Shown one piece after another: positions 1 through 14,302 of a stretch of 64,000 nucleotides of DNA. The position numbers and the translations under genes were made by a program. The DNA is from Convolutriloba macropyga (Eukaryota): assembly GCF_964194025.1 (NCBI RefSeq), contig NC_134479.1, positions 38,378,001 through 38,442,000 of the forward strand. Reading direction: 5' to 3'. The notes under the pieces are model-generated. The model was not told the origin of the DNA. It worked only from the letters and a program-made list of their open reading frames with translations, and made no database searches. Position 1 is the stretch's first letter. Each line of letters opens with the position of its first letter.

Positions 1-526
1 TTACAATTTAAGTAATTACGAAATTCAAGTGTTTTCTTGGTGCGTTTCAACAACTAAATTTGAATGTTGTGAAATATTCTGTTTGAGCCTCATTTTAAGC
101 GGTATTCACTTAATGAGTTCTTTAGACTATTGTTCGAGTTAGTGAATTTGTATTCATATCAGAGATTTTGAATTGAGCGATCCGCGGAGCGAAATTCGAA
201 ATAAAGAGATTAGACTGAAAATTGAATTTGGATTCAAGAGAATGACAAAAGAAGAATTACAGAAAATTGATCAGCAATTTGATCATATCATATCACAACC
301 TTAAAAAGAAATTGCGGTAAAATAAAATTATCAGACAGCATGATCAGACATTCAATCACATTTAAGTAAACAAAATTAAGAGCATGAAAAAGGAGGATTT
401 GATCTTCAAAATCAAGAATGAACAAATTAATAATTAAATGACTAAAATTGAACTAAATTTAAGATTAATTGAAATTAGGGGTTTTAGCACTACAAATGAC
501 ATCGTCAATTGTACACCTATATCATA
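1..526 (-). repeat. 3' LTR of the Gypsy element (truncated by window start)
   Basis: Aligns by eye with 4801-5341; bordered by a short minus-strand purine tract (AGGGGAAA, 527-534) in PPT position. Confidence 0.9.
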
Positions 527-1329
527 TTTCCCCTACAGCAAAAATAAACAACCGAGTATGTTTATGATAAAATTAATAAAACACATACTGGTTACTATAA
601 ATAATAGAATGAGGTTTATGAGAAGTTTTTGTTTTCATCGGAATCAGTTTCATAGAGGCGTTTTACCTCGCGGACTGTCATAGAATTTTCAGGTCCTTCA
701 TATTTTGGGGAGACGTAATACTGAGTTGGATACGTCTGAACTGGTGAACAGGGACCTACTGAAAAGTCCGTTTCTTCATTTCAATTGTGGGCAGCCGTAC
801 TCTGGATTGTTGTAACAATAGATTTAATTTGAGTCTGCTGACGTTTTTATCATCTGCCGTCTCCTTTGTCGTGGGGGTGCTGACGTTGATGATAAAGTTG
901 GTGGACAATTTTGAGTTGATGTCATTGATTTGTCAGATTCTGTTATAGATGGTGACGATCGTTTACGTTTTTGCGTATGTTGTAGAGCTTCTGTGGCTTT
1001 TGTAGCTGCTTTTCGTTTTGGTCGAGTCGGCGCCTCTGCAATCACAATCGTTGTTTGCGGCAAGACCAATGGCGGCGCGAAATCAGTGGCCATTTCAATG
1101 GTGGCTGTGGCGGTGCGGGAATGATTGTCTTCTTTGGTTTTGTTGGCATGCGGACACGTAGTGCTCTGGATACAATATAATGAATTGACGAGACTGCACG
1201 CAAGTCATCGGCAATTCTTTTATGTTTGATCTTCTTGTTTCCTTCTATTTTTCTTCTTGCTTCTTTGGCATGTTGGTTCATGAGATCTTCCATTATTTTA
1301 CCCGTAGGTACTTTGGGTCTCCGGTCGGC

Positions 1330-3723
1330 TTAGCATTTCAAGTCTGTCTGCCTTGCTGCTATAGTCCCAAATTTGGCTAGATCGGAATTTCTTATCATCA
1401 CTTCTTTTTTGCCTGGCTCTTTTAAGATCGATGTTTGTTCGTTAGTTTTTATCACAGTTGAGACTGGTGCTAAAACCTCGCATAGTCCGTCCAGACTCTT
1501 TTTAGATCTTCTGATCTTCAGCTTTATTTCCGCTAGCTTCAATTTTAAGGAATCTTTTATTCTAGGTACTTGTCGACCAACATCTGTATGTAAAATCACT
1601 CTTGATTCTTTGTTTGGGTCCTCATTGCATCGTCTTACTGCGTCCCTACTGAGTTGATCTCTACTTTTTTCAGATCAATATCGGTTCTTGCCTCGTTGTC
1701 CCACTGTTCCTCTGAGATGAGCTCGTCCCAGCGCACTATCTCCATGTCTAAATCTTTATTCAAAAATGGTTCATATGTAAGAGTACTAGGATCAGGGTCA
1801 GTTGAGATGATAATTTTTGGTTTGCTAGCTTTTCTGCCAAAATGCTCTTCAAACGGTGAAATATTAATAGTCTCTTGACGGAGTATACGGAGTTGATACA
1901 TAATTGAGTTTATTGACGCTTTTAGAATAAAGCAACTTCACACTGCGTTTAATAGTGTCTAATTTAGCAACTATGAATTGCTCATCATAAGTAGAAATTT
2001 TAACAACTTTTTGCTGGGGTTCGCGTGAGATATAATCTACCAACTCCATTTTCGAACCAGGAAGATGATCTATCGAAAAATCGAAAACTAAAATTCGATC
2101 TACCCAACGTGCAAGGCGACTATTATAAAATTTATTAGCTCTGTTTTCTCTGATTATAGACAATAATTCTCTGTGATATTTTGTGACAGCGAAAGGTTTA
2201 CCATAAAGGTAAAATTTGAAATGTTCAATGGACCAAACAACACCTAATAATTCAAGCTCATTAATACTATAGCGATCTTCAACTGATTTTAAAAAACGGG
2301 ATGAAAAAGCTACAGTATGCCAACCTTTTGCAGTTCGTTGTTCTAAAGCACAGCCCAAACCTTTTCGAGATGCATCGCATTTCATCCGTGTTTTAAGATC
2401 AAGATTAAAATTTTTATTTTACGTCACCTCTGCAATTTTCGTTTTTATCAATTAAAAGTGTTTTTCATGCTCATCTGTTTAGACAAATTTAGTGTTTTCT
2501 TTTATGTAGAGGTCTGAGTGAGTGACACAAGTTGGATGATACGGCAAGCTGGATGATACGATGTCCGAGGCATTCAATTTGATCTTTAGCAAAAAAAAAT
2601 TTGGGAGATTAATTCAAAGATTTTCATGATCAAGTTTTATTAAACATTTTCGTACAAGTTCGAGATGGTGGTCAATTTTATATCTACTCACTATTAGGAT
2701 ATCATCTAGAAAACAGAATGTATAAGTCAGGCCGGCAAGCGTACAGTCGATTGCTTTCCGAAATTTTGCTGGCATATCCGTTAATCCTTAGAAACCTGTT
2801 TCAAAGCGTTAAGTGCCAGTCATATCGCCGCTGACAATATTAAAATTACAATGGCGGGCCGTGTCGTTATGGAAATATAACTGGCTATAAACGTACTGCA
2901 AATCTAATGTTGTAAAATAGGCCGTTTCTTGCGGTGCATTTGACAGTGTTTGTGAAATAGTTTGTATCAGAGAATCTATGTTTGGCATCTGATTCTACTT
3001 TTTATGGATTGCTTTATTCAAGGTCTTCGAAGCTAAAGCTATTTTGATTCATTGGTCCTTTTTGACTGTAATAACAATTGCCGAAATGAAGAACTGGGCG
3101 GAACAATTTGATAATTTTTCAAAATATCCTTCGTTTAGTAATTTTTTCAGTTCAATTTTTACTTTTGCTTGAAGGTGAATTGTTATTTTTCTCCCTTTTT
3201 GATGGGTGACACAATAATTTTTATGAAATTTTGAATTGACAGTATGAGGTTCTGATTTATCAATTCTCAAAATTAGTTCCGGAAGTTCTTTTGCTAAAGA
3301 CTGTTTTATTGAGCAATATTTTTCAATTGTATTTACTTCAGTTTTTGGGCAAAGCTTTTGCGAAATAGGTATTCCCAATTGATTAAATAGATCACGTGCA
3401 AGTATAGGTCTGAAACCGTCAGTTACTACCGCTATTTTGGCTTTTGGAATTTTCCAATCATTACAGCTAATTGATGGTTTCAAAGTTCTAAGTGTTTTGA
3501 CTCTATGGTTGGAGAAAGATATAAGTTCTAGAGGTTTTTTATCTGATCGTTGTGCTTGCATACAATTAAACATTATCTCCTTGGCAAGTGACAAGTTTGT
3601 AATAGTGCACCCACTTCCAAAATCAAGGAGCAAATGACAATCCGTATTGCCAATTTTTATTGTTATATTTTGCAAAATGATTAATTTTTCCGATATATTT
3701 TGCAAAATGATTAATTTTTGCAA
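1330..3723 (-). pseudogene. pol: Gypsy pol (protease-RT-RNase H-integrase C-terminal remnant), disrupted
   Basis: Protease 3049-3723, RT ~2500-3050 (TTLDLQYVYSQL; FLDD), RNase H 1864-2385, integrase tail (ISPFEEHFGRK) 1635-1901. Confidence 0.9.
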
Positions 3724-3777
3724 AATGATTGATTTTTCGCATTGTTTAATTTTTCCGACATACAGTTGCGAATTGAT

Positions 3778-4752
3778 TCAGCAGACCACAATGATTACAT
3801 TTCTTACCCAGAACAGGGCAAACCTAGCGATGTGTTGGAGTCCCATATTGACCACGTAACTTCTACACTGGCCATTTGCTACTCGATTAAATGAGTTTCT
3901 GCTTGTCTGATTTGTAAGAGCATTCGCGCCGCAAAATCTTATGAATTGTTGTATAGCAATGATTGCATTGCTATTAGCGTTGATGTTATTGGAAGATATT
4001 CGTTGCTGGTTTTGATATCCCATCTCCATATTGACTGCTATACTGAGAGCTCTTCCTGGGTCTACTGTATCACGGAGAAGTTCTCGCATTATATCATCAT
4101 CAAACATTTTGGTGATGAAAACGTCTCTGATTATTACTTCCTCACGATTTTCGAAATCACAGTTTTCCGCTAATTCTTTCAAAATGCTGTCCCATTGTTC
4201 TACCTTTTCACCCTTCTGTTGTTTCCTCGAGAACAAGACATAGCGATCAAAAGTGATGTTCCTGGGACGGATGAAAGCTATGTCCATCATTTCCCAAAGT
4301 TTTAGGGGGAAAGGTCGTAAATGTTATTGTTGGGAAATTTTTGTGTTAATAGACGTCTTCCTTCCGTTCCAATACTGAGGTAGCGAAGTGAAACGCACTT
4401 CTGATTGCATGGTGGCCATGGTATTTTGCCGCACAAAACGCCTGATTCCGTGATTTTCTGACATTTCAATTCCCATTTAACTTTCAACTCACTGTTGCTG
4501 ATTTGATGATCTCGTTGTTTGCTCTGTTGCATCCTCGATGGGCATTTGATATTTTGGCTCTGCTGGTGGTCGTACCTGTGTCGGCTTCGGTTGTATTAGT
4601 GAGTCCAGCGTTATATTTTCTCTTGCAAGTATTGCTAGTTCCACCTGGAATCGCCACTTTTCCCATCGTATTGGAGGGCCTGATGTAGCCCGTTCCCAAA
4701 ATGGTTCAATTGAAAGTGGGTTCTTGCGCAATTCGCGAACTGACTGCGCCAT
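3778..4752 (-). pseudogene. gag: Gypsy gag, frameshifted
   Basis: ORF pieces 4489-4752, 4302-4532, 3778-4290 (FDRYVLFSRKQQKGE...LKELAENCDF...IRDVFI) typical of Gypsy gag. Confidence 0.8.
4740..4751 (-). promoter_or_regulatory. Primer binding site TGGCGCAGTCAG (tRNA-Ser-like)
   Basis: TGG directly abutting the LTR-terminal CA; resembles the tRNA-Ser PBS of 17.6/297-type Gypsy elements. Confidence 0.7.
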
Positions 4753-5341
4753 GACGTAAAAAAATCGTCTTCGCTAGTTGAGTGTTTTTTGCTTAGCGAT
4801 TTTACCATTTAAGTTGATACGAAATTCAAGTGTTTTCTTGGTGCGTTTCCACTATTAAACTTGAATGTTGTGAACTATTCTGTTTGAGCCGCACTTTTTA
4901 GCGGATTTCGCTTCGCGATTGCAGCGTGAGTTTTTTTTACTATTATTCCACTTAGAGAAATTGTATTCATAACAGAGATTATGAATTGAGCGAACCGCGG
5001 AGCAAAATTCGAAATAAAGAAATTCAACTAAAAATTGAACTTGGATTCAAGAGAATTACAAACGAAGAATTACAGAAGGTTGATCATCATTTCGATCATT
5101 TCATATCACAACTTTAAAAGGAAGTTGCGGCAAATTGAAATTATCAAATAGCATGATCAGACATTCAATCGCAACATTTGAGTAAACAAAATTAAGAGCA
5201 TGAATAAGGAAGATTTGACCTTCAAAATCAAAAATGAAAAAATTAATAATGAAATGACTAAAATTGAACTAAATTTAAGATTAAATGGAATTAGGGTTTT
5301 AACACTACAAATGACATCGTCTATTATACACCTATATCACA
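4752..5341 (-). repeat. 5' LTR of the Gypsy element (590 bp, TG...CA)
   Basis: Minus strand starts TGTGATATAGG at 5341 and ends ...ACGTCA at 4752, immediately followed by a TGG PBS. Confidence 0.85.
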
Positions 5342-6559
5342 GTAGCATTGTGGTATTCACTACGAAAGGGACGAAAGTAATATTTGCATAGCAAATGAAT
5401 GCGTTTTTCGATTTTAACAACTTTAAAACAATACTCATTTTGTAAGATAAACGAACTTTAGTACATCATTTTTCTCAAATTTTGTTCCTTTTTGTTGTAC
5501 TCTATTTCTATTGACTAATTGGAACAATAAATACGGCGATCGGATCACCTAATAAAATGTAACCATAAAGTAAAAGGAAAATACGCAAAGGAGGTTAAAG
5601 ATAATAACCAACAATGTCAAAAATAAATTTAGGCATTAACGTGTTGACTGATTCCTAGACAACGAGGACGGTTGCCCCCCAAATTATGCAAGAGTCCTTT
5701 AAAAGATCTCTATACTGCAGTGAAAAACTTTCAATGAATATCTTGCAATAATCTTGCAAATAATGCTAATCTTGCAAGATGCAGTATTTCCTGCAAGTGT
5801 CCTTCAAAAAATTTTCAGAATATACATCGGAAAATGTTGCTGCAAACATTTTCTTTTTCTCTTTAAAAAGATGTTGCATAAACATAAACAGATCAAAGCC
5901 AAAGCGTAGGTTTTAATAATAAATCCGTAAACCGAAACAAAGCACTTTAAAACAGATTAAACAAAATTTTGAGCGACAAGACGAACTAGATAATTCTCGT
6001 ACCTTTGTAAATAGTATGTGAACCAATATATTTTCTACATACTACAACCAAAACATTTTTGAACGGTTCAGAGTGTTCCTACTCTAAAAAAACCAACTAG
6101 AAAATAACGCCTTTCTGATTTAAAAAAACCCTGATAAGTGGATATTTTGCAACTAAAATACAAACACTTCAATGCATGCCCCTGGATTTATGAAACTCTA
6201 TTTGAAAGGAACATGGATCGAATATTTGCTTAGATTATGTTTAGTTGTGGTGTGCCGTAAAATTGAATAATGCGCCGCAAAATTTTACCTATTTCTTCAA
6301 TTTCTCAAAATGCAGAATTCATTTTGTCCGAGTCAATTTTGGTTATATTCCAAAGTTTTTACATTGTACCATCCCACCAGTGTTTGAAAACTCCAGAATT
6401 TTTATTGGTTTTAAGTGAGGTTGTGAGATATATTTTTTGTTTTGATTTTTACAAAGTAATTGGGCTCGACTCAACTTTTTTCTCAACTTTTACTAAATTC
6501 GCCACAACACACAGTTCTCACAAGCCAATCTTCAATTTATCCATAACAAAAACAGATCC

Positions 6560-8215
6560 CGACAATATGGAAGAAATTGAAGATAATACCGCTGCTCAAG
6601 GCTGGTAAACCATAAACCGAAGCTAAGTCCTATAGGCCAGTATCCTTGCTTTGCCCGACCATCAAGATCATGGAAAAGCTGCTTCTCCCTCAAGTGCTGG
6701 AGCATTGTGGGAGCCCAAGCTATCAGCATGGCTTTAAGAATATGGACTCCACAGTCAGTGCATTAAACCAGCTGATCAACGACATAGCAAACGGGTTTAA
6801 CAGCAAGAAGCCAGCAAAAAGAACTAAAATCCTTTAACTTGAATTATCGAGGGCTTTTGATATGGTTAAACTTGAAATCGTGCTAGAAGACCTATTAGAC
6901 AGCACCCCTTAATCCAGGGACAGTTGATTGGCTTGGAGCGTACCTTCACGGAAGGCAGTCTGCGCTCCAATTCAGGAACATAGACTTAAGATATGTGAAT
7001 GTAAGATTTGGTGTACCACAGGAATGAGTACTCTCACCAAAACTCTTCTGCATTTGCATCGCCAAGTTTCCCACTCCTCTGCAAGGAAATAATTTGAAAA
7101 CTTTTATGTAAGCAGACGATATCTCGATCAATGGTCAAAATGGCAACTACAACAATACGGTAGATAAAATCAAGGCCTTTGTGTCAAGTGTAATCGATTA
7201 CCTTGAGGGAAGTCAGATGCATGCGTCACCAGAGAAGTCCTCAGATGAGTGCATCCTCAGATGAGTGCTACTAACTGGAGAAGATGGAAAGAATCTAAAG
7301 CAAGTCATAAGAGTAGTAACTCGATGTGTTCGAAAGATAGATAAAAATCGCGAGCATGCCAATACCAAATTGATCCCAATTCAACAAAACAGTGGTTTTC
7401 CGACCAATGATTTCAGGATATCAGCACATAGACCTCGGCTCCCAAGTAACAACATCATCAAGCATTATAAGAAGCAGAGAGGAAAATGAAGCACACATTT
7501 TATGAAAGTCTACCGGAAATAAAGGAGTTAACGTGGAAGAAAGTAACGCTGAAGAAAAAATAAGCAGACATTCTCCGCCGGGAAAATCATGAAGAAACGA
7601 TAAACAGAAGTCACGGAAGTTGTTAACCTGAGCAAAGTCCTTGGTTCTAGGGCTGCAATGATAAACTAAGAAGAAAGGGAATTAACAAGCTCTACAAGAA
7701 CACGCCTTGTGGTACTGAGATCCGTTTACAGCCCTTCAATCATTAGTTACATGGCACGGATCGAAGAAAAAGTTTCGCGCAACTGTCTAGATTGAATTTA
7801 GCAGCAATCCGACAGATATCGGTTTTGAAGACCTCTGGAGAAACCAGGACAGAGTAGCAGAATTCCTGAACCTGGCAAATGAAGATAGAACACAGACCAC
7901 ACCATCTAAAACATCTGTGGAGAGGTCATCAACCCAAACATTGCCTGAAACAACAGCAGAAAGTAGGCACATTAGAAGTTAACCTCAGTTCTCCGCAATC
8001 ACAAATTGAGAAATTTGATGATTTGGCCTGTTACCCATGGACGTGCCCATGGTGTTCTCAGCAGTGAAGATGGCTTATGTGGCACATTGACTGTTCGTAA
8101 ACGAGTAACCAGGGAAAAAAGAAGCAACCAAGCATCCAATCGTTCATAAAATTTTAATGAGGAGAAAAACTCAAAAAGCGATCAAGAACTGACGAAGAGC
8201 TACTACAACAACAAG
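6560..8215 (+). mobile_element. 5'-truncated degenerate non-LTR retrotransposon (LINE) RT region
   Basis: Motifs SYRPVSLLCP, QHGF, LSRAFDMV, GVPQ..VLSP, (Y>*)ADD in order; ends in short (ACA)n tail ~8203-8214. Confidence 0.85.
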
Positions 8216-10789
8216 CCATTCCTAAAATGTAATCAGGATTATTTGAGTTTTTTCTGAGTTTATCAATCAGAATTTAATTACCTTTTGCAGGTTAATTTTT
8301 TCGGCAATTTAAGCACCTAGACAATAATTTTTTGCTAAAACGTTCTTGCAAACTATTGAAGCTACTTATAAACAGTCTCCCCACTCCCCACAGTTACTTC
8401 AATTATTAATCCAATCCAACTTTCTCATTAAAAAAATTGGACGTGCAAAGAATTCATTTTGAGCGAAAGAATGCTAATTGAAGCATTACTAGAGAATTAT
8501 TCTTTATCGAAATCTCCTATCTCAGGTTTGAAAAAAAGAATTTTTGGAGAACTGGCTGGCAACTGGTTAAGAAAATGCAATTACTGCATGTTGGCTGTCA
8601 CGCGAGCAGAGTGTTAGCTGTAACCCAGCCCTGGTTGAAGCCCTTTTGAATATACTATGTTTTATGTTCATTGCGTTTCATAAGTTCATTGCTTACTTTT
8701 TCTCATCTTGTCAAATTTCGCTCATTTCTTGAATTTTTATTCATCTCAAATTTCATACTTTTTTGCATGCTTTTTTTCAACAACTCCGCTGATTCCAATC
8801 AAATTCTGCTCATTTCTCTCATGTCTTGAATTATTGCGCAGAAATTGAGCAGACTTCTCGACTAGGGAGAGTTATGGCATGGTTGTTTTCAAATGCTATG
8901 GATCCGACATCTCCAAAACTGCTGATGCGAAATCATAATGGAAAATTATCTACTTGCCTTGAAAGTGATAGTCCAGTTGTCATACCTGCAAGATTATCAA
9001 GATACCTGCAGAGATATCAAATATCTTTACGTCTAAACGAATGCTGTTTCTGTTTGTTTTCTTTTCATCTTCATTTATTTATCCAAGCTACTGAGGCTTC
9101 CGGCCAAAATCAGGCACTTCCAGGCCATACCAGACTGAAAGTAATTATGTGCAGACTCTCGTGCGTTCTCCATTCTTCCGTGCGTTCATACCCACACACT
9201 GAAAAATCCATCAAATTTTTGTGCGCTAGCCGGAAATTCATGTGTTCATGTTCAGACTTTCGTTCGTTTTTCAATGTTTCCAGACTGTGTAATTTTTAAT
9301 ACCCTTGTGAGTTCTTCTTCGGTCATGAGACACCTGATTTTGGTCTCGAACTGCAGTCAGGTTAGCATTTAGTGGCATTGAAGGTGTACGGTTAATTCTG
9401 ACGCATTTTAAAGATTCACTCAAGGTGATTATTGTTTGTCAAAACCGATTCTGATAGTTCTTTCCAGGTTGAGGCCACGGCTTATGAAACGAATTTATAA
9501 TCCTAATAGGATGCCCAATATTGACTATAAATACACAATCCAGCACCTGGTTAAAGTCAAGGTGAAGTTTTTTCATGGGTCCAGTTTTGATATTTTCATG
9601 ACAAAGTAAAGTCGAATACGTTCTTTTCATAAACTAACTTGAGTCAAGCATGGTCTCTTCATGGGTCAAGAAATTTTTTTGGGATTATGAATTGTTATTT
9701 CTTGTTCATCTCTTGCAGTGGATGCAAAAGCATCACCCAAAAGCTTCAACCTAGCCTTGCAACAGGCTGTCCAACATCAAAAACATTTAAAATTTTGCCA
9801 GATCTCTAAAGATAAATTGAATTCTTAAGATAATTTAGTAGTAACAAATAAGTTATTTTGGGAATTTGATCGGCCAAGTGGAACTAGTTAGCAAAAATCT
9901 AACCATCATACTTTTGTCAGCAATAAGCTTACTGCACTTCCATTAACTTCTGTTGACTACTAGAACATGGTTTTAAATCCGTTGACTACGTTATATTCAC
10001 CAGCTAGTTCTCAAAGTGCAGCTGAACTATTTAGGTCCGGGGTGAACATTTTTGGTCGAGCTGAAGATGTGCAGCATTATTGGGTCGAACTAACATCCAG
10101 CAACAAAAATTGCATTGAAATAAAATCCAGCATGAATAACTTTAGTCGAACAAAAGTCGGGTTGAAAACTTAAGTCTGGTAGTGTCTTTTTAAGTAGGTA
10201 ATGTCTTTTTAAGAGCTGTTTGAATCGACAATGGTTTTTATGCCATTTTTAGTCGACCATATTCTTTTCATACGCCGAGATGTAAATCTGTGTTTCTTGT
10301 TAATATCAACTTCAATCAGGACAGTACAGAACAATATGGCCCCTGGTCGGTTAAATTTCAGATTAATGTGCAGACTCCTGGCCATTTAAAACAGTTTTTA
10401 AACAAAACCTGAAACTTGAAGAGCGTAAATATGGTCTGACCATGATCAATTTTTGATATAAGAAGCAAATTGAGATTTTAATTTATTAACCGTTCATTGA
10501 GATTGGGACAGATGAGAACCGCAACCACGTTTTCTGTCCTCTCCGTTCACCCTAACTAATTTTTTTTTATTTGGTTATTCTTCTTTATTTAATTATTCAT
10601 ATATTTCAAAAACAAGTTTTTTAAACATTCTCTTTTTTCTTTTATTTTTAGAATTCACTATGATTACAGCAACCCATGTCCCCGCTAATCAGAAGATTAT
10701 AGCTCGTTGTTAAATTTATCAGTTTTTGTATAGTCGAATTTTTCAAGAAAGTACTTGGTTCATAACCAACTGAGATCACGCAATGTACA

Positions 10790-13700
10790 AGATAGATGTA
10801 CTAGTACACATACCAGTAATGTTTTAATGCTTTGGACAGTAATTGCTTATGTGTTCAACGAAATTCAATATTGTTTGTTTCAATATTTTTTTTGTTGTTT
10901 TTTATTGTTGTTGTTTTTTATTGTTTTTTTTACCTACGCTTCAAAGTTTGACAGAGCGTGTCTTTTGCCGTCATTAGTAATGACGCTTTTTGCTAAATCT
11001 GTCAATTCTGTAAAAACCCCGTTTTCAAACCCCCATATTTTTTCATAATGTTTTAATCTAGGAAATGCCCTATTTCCTTATCAAAAAATCTCAACTCATC
11101 AAAATGAAGAGCTAATCTTATTTCATATGTTTTATTCCGTCACAATTTACTATAAAGTACTAATAGCATTTCTTTAAGATCCATGAAAACGCTAAATTGT
11201 GTTTCGCATTAATGATTTTAAAGATCAAAGTCATTTTAATTTTTCTGTACAAATCATTTTAATTTTGTTTTTCTGTACAAATCTTCTAAAATCCAATTGC
11301 AACCATCTCCGAAATTGTTCCGTGTCTTTGTTCGAGAGTTGATCCAAGTCGGTCTTTGGTTGTGTCACATTTAATTCGTGTTTCGTCAATTATGTCTAAG
11401 TGGATATCGTCTATAATTATATTAAACCAGTTGTTTTACCCCGGCCAATCCAACGAATTTTTCTTTGAAATGTTTCTAAATTTTGGCAATCAAATTTGCC
11501 GGTTCTGATGTCTAATTAGTAATGGCACTTACTGCTCTCAAAAAATATTTTGATCGTTTGTTTTAGTAAAGTCTTTTCAAACTTGGTATTACTTTTTTAA
11601 AATGTCAATCGGTATTTTTTCCTGCGCCAGTAATTTCGTAGCCTAATCAGTGTATTTCTTTTAGACAATGTTTTCATTTTTTAATGAAACACAAACTTTT
11701 TATCGGCATTCTTCCTAGACAGGCTTCACACAGCTCAATTAATCTTCGATGCTTTCAGTTTTAATCACAACATCACCCAAAAAAAACTAATTGATTCCCT
11801 CCTCCATACCGTTGATGTAAGATGAAAAACTTTTGGAAATCTTGCTGCCATACCCGCCAGTCAGTAGAATCCTGGTAGAAATTTATTTTCCTGTAACTGC
11901 GCTTGCTATGATGTTAAATTTACAATGTTTATTCTTTTCCTCATCAAGGTGTAGTTGGTTATATACGTACACCGAGTCAATGGAATTTAACCAGGTTCCA
12001 CTCTTCTGTTCGTTGGATATCTTCGCTTCTGCGATCTTGTCCAATAGTATGTCTTTACGTGACACCTGATATGTTTTCAGTGGATGGATTTATACAAATT
12101 TATTGGAATCTAGTTGATTGATTGGATTTTTTTTTCTGTTATGCTACAGGATAAATAAATGTTGTTAAAATAGAAGTTGCATTTTAACTCAACTAGAACA
12201 GCCTGCAGCAAAATAATCATACCAATTATGGCGTAAAATTCAATTACTTTATGACGTTCGTTCTAAAAATCTCTTCATATATAACCATTGATACTCTACA
12301 GATTTATTGAAGCAGCAAAGAGCGTAAAAATCGAATTACGATCGAATTACTCCCCATTGATCAAGTTAAATAGCACTGGAACTTTTTAGGTATAATTGTA
12401 TTCAATTCGACCAAACTAAAAAATTAAACTAAATCAATTTAATTTGGTTAGTGGTTTTGTCCTAGTACAGTAGATCAAAATTGAGAGTTAAAGTCAACAG
12501 CTACGACTTCTGTTGGAGAAAAATTTTAGAAAAGAAAATTGATCGTTTTGGGACAACAAAATTGTCCAATAGTGCATGAGGACCTGAAAAACTTGATTTA
12601 AATACTGAAAAACGTGAAAGGAGTTTGAATTCAAAATTTGTAATAACATACTATTATTCAACTCTCAATAAGCAGAGCTCAGTCGCAAACAGAATGAGTT
12701 AGTTGTAAAAGCCTATTATATTTAGTGCCTATTATATTTAGTGACTATTATATTTAGTGCCTATTATATATAGTGGTTTATCACAAAAGAGGTAGGGCTT
12801 CATTGGTGTAAACAAACTACGAATTCAAGCAAACATTCATTTTCAAATTATAAAAATTTCAATTTTTGATGTGTTCTTCAATGACATTTCGTTCATAGTA
12901 CATCACGTCAGAAGACTATAAAAAATATTTTAGGACAGAAACAGAAATCTCCAAAAATTGGAAAGAAAGAAAATTTTTATTTTTATTTTCTTTCAATTAG
13001 GCTAACTGCAGCTCGTACAAGTTAATCAGATGCAATATTCTTAATACTTTTTATGATTTAATTAGTTCTTGATGTATAATTTTGGTTTGAATCCACATGT
13101 TTGACCGGGGCTTGCTAGTGTTGATAAGAAACTAAAAGTACCATGAACATAAAAATGACGCAAATAGCGGTTTCTATATGCATTTTGACGTGTCTTTCTT
13201 TGATTATCATAATTCTCGTAGAAATGGTGTACAACAGCGCTAGAACAATTTTTTTTTAAAGTTGAACCATATTATCTTGATTCGTAGGGTTGTACAATTG
13301 AAATTTGACCTCGTTGAGATTTGAACGCAACAATAACGAAGCCGGGCTGAGAAATCTTATGAAAAATACAGCATTTGCAAAAATACCATGATACTTTATT
13401 GTCTTCAATGGCAATTACTCAGGAGTTAATCAAGTGAGAAGATTGAATGAAACTAATTAATGACAGAAAAAGTGGTTTCCGTGAATTAATTTAGCGGAAA
13501 AATGTCCAAAAATGATTAGCATGACATAAAAAAAAATTAATCCATCAACAAGAACGAAGGAAATTTTATGTGGAGAGGCCAATGAGGCGCATAACAAGCG
13601 GATTTGGGTCCTATTTCAAGTGATGAAAAAAGTGGCTTTGATTCCTTTTGGCTCGAATCAAATTATGAACGCTCTGAGAAAAAACAGCTTCGGTTCCCCA

Positions 13701-14275
13701 ACGATTCACCATCCTATATTGAGGATCGAAAGCCTCAAAATGGGATGGCGAATCGCAAGCATTATTTAGTTATGGGTAACTATATTGACATTTACATAAA
13801 ACTTTCCATATTGTGAAAGTTCGTTCGGCTTTGATAAGTGAATACAAATCCCACGAACAGCTGGCTGTATCATAGCGAAAAACCGTGAGGCATGAGGAAT
13901 TTTTTTATCTTGGACTCGAAAATTACAACGTATCCTGTTAAAAGTTGTTGATTGGGAAACATACGGATTCTAAACACATTTTATCAAGTGTAATTTCTCT
14001 ATCACAATTTGTCGGTCTCATTTACAGTCCTTTTGAGTTGTTGTCCAGGCAACCTTCTGAGGAGTTCTATCTTTTGAAAGCGAGGCCCTAGGACCGTAAG
14101 GGTTGCGAATATTTTGATAGCTCAATGGAAAATGATGGCGATAATAAGAGCTGTTAACTCTTCTTCTTACGGGTTATCCTCTTGTATAACAGTACTAAGT
14201 ATAACAATACAGTATAACAGTACAGTATAACAGTGTAACAGTACTACCCAGGATGAAGTGTGCGACACAAGACCA
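10790..14275. repeat. ~3.5 kb host repeat unit, copy A (holds the empty Polinton target site at 13069-13074)
   Basis: Colinear with 14303-16384 joined to 33256-34665. Confidence 0.9.
11883..12065 (-). pseudogene. Ancient Gypsy RT relic inside repeat copy A
   Basis: LLDKIAE...SIDSVYVYNQLHLDEEKNKHCKFNII..AVTG parallels TLDLQYVYSQLYFHNDTARHCNFNIVSGDMTG of the Gypsy at ~2820-2920. Confidence 0.7.
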
Positions 14276-14302
14276 CCTGGATGTGCCTTACCGACTTCTG
14301 TT

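Larger units (their letters stand above)
1..5341 (-). mobile_element. Ty3/Gypsy LTR retrotransposon, degenerate, internally deleted (integrase core missing); left end runs off the window
   Basis: Direct repeats 1-526 and 4801-5341; gag-like, protease (LLLDFGSGCT), RT (FCFLDDILI) and RNase H (CDASRKGLG...YSINELELLGVVW) fragments in Gypsy order on the minus strand; many stops and frameshifts. Confidence 0.95.

Noticed and set aside
438-683. ORFs 438-683 and 5200-5391 with shared MTKIELNLRL
   Set aside because: Similarity reflects the two LTR copies, not a gene
3660-3740. Short tandem repeats (3660-3740, 12710-12775, 14186-14245, 33945-34017)
   Set aside because: Ordinary slippage duplications with no sign of function
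8826-10400. ORF 8826-9299 and nearby coding-looking sequence as a host gene or transposase
   Set aside because: No recognisable motifs or exon structure; cannot be supported without a search
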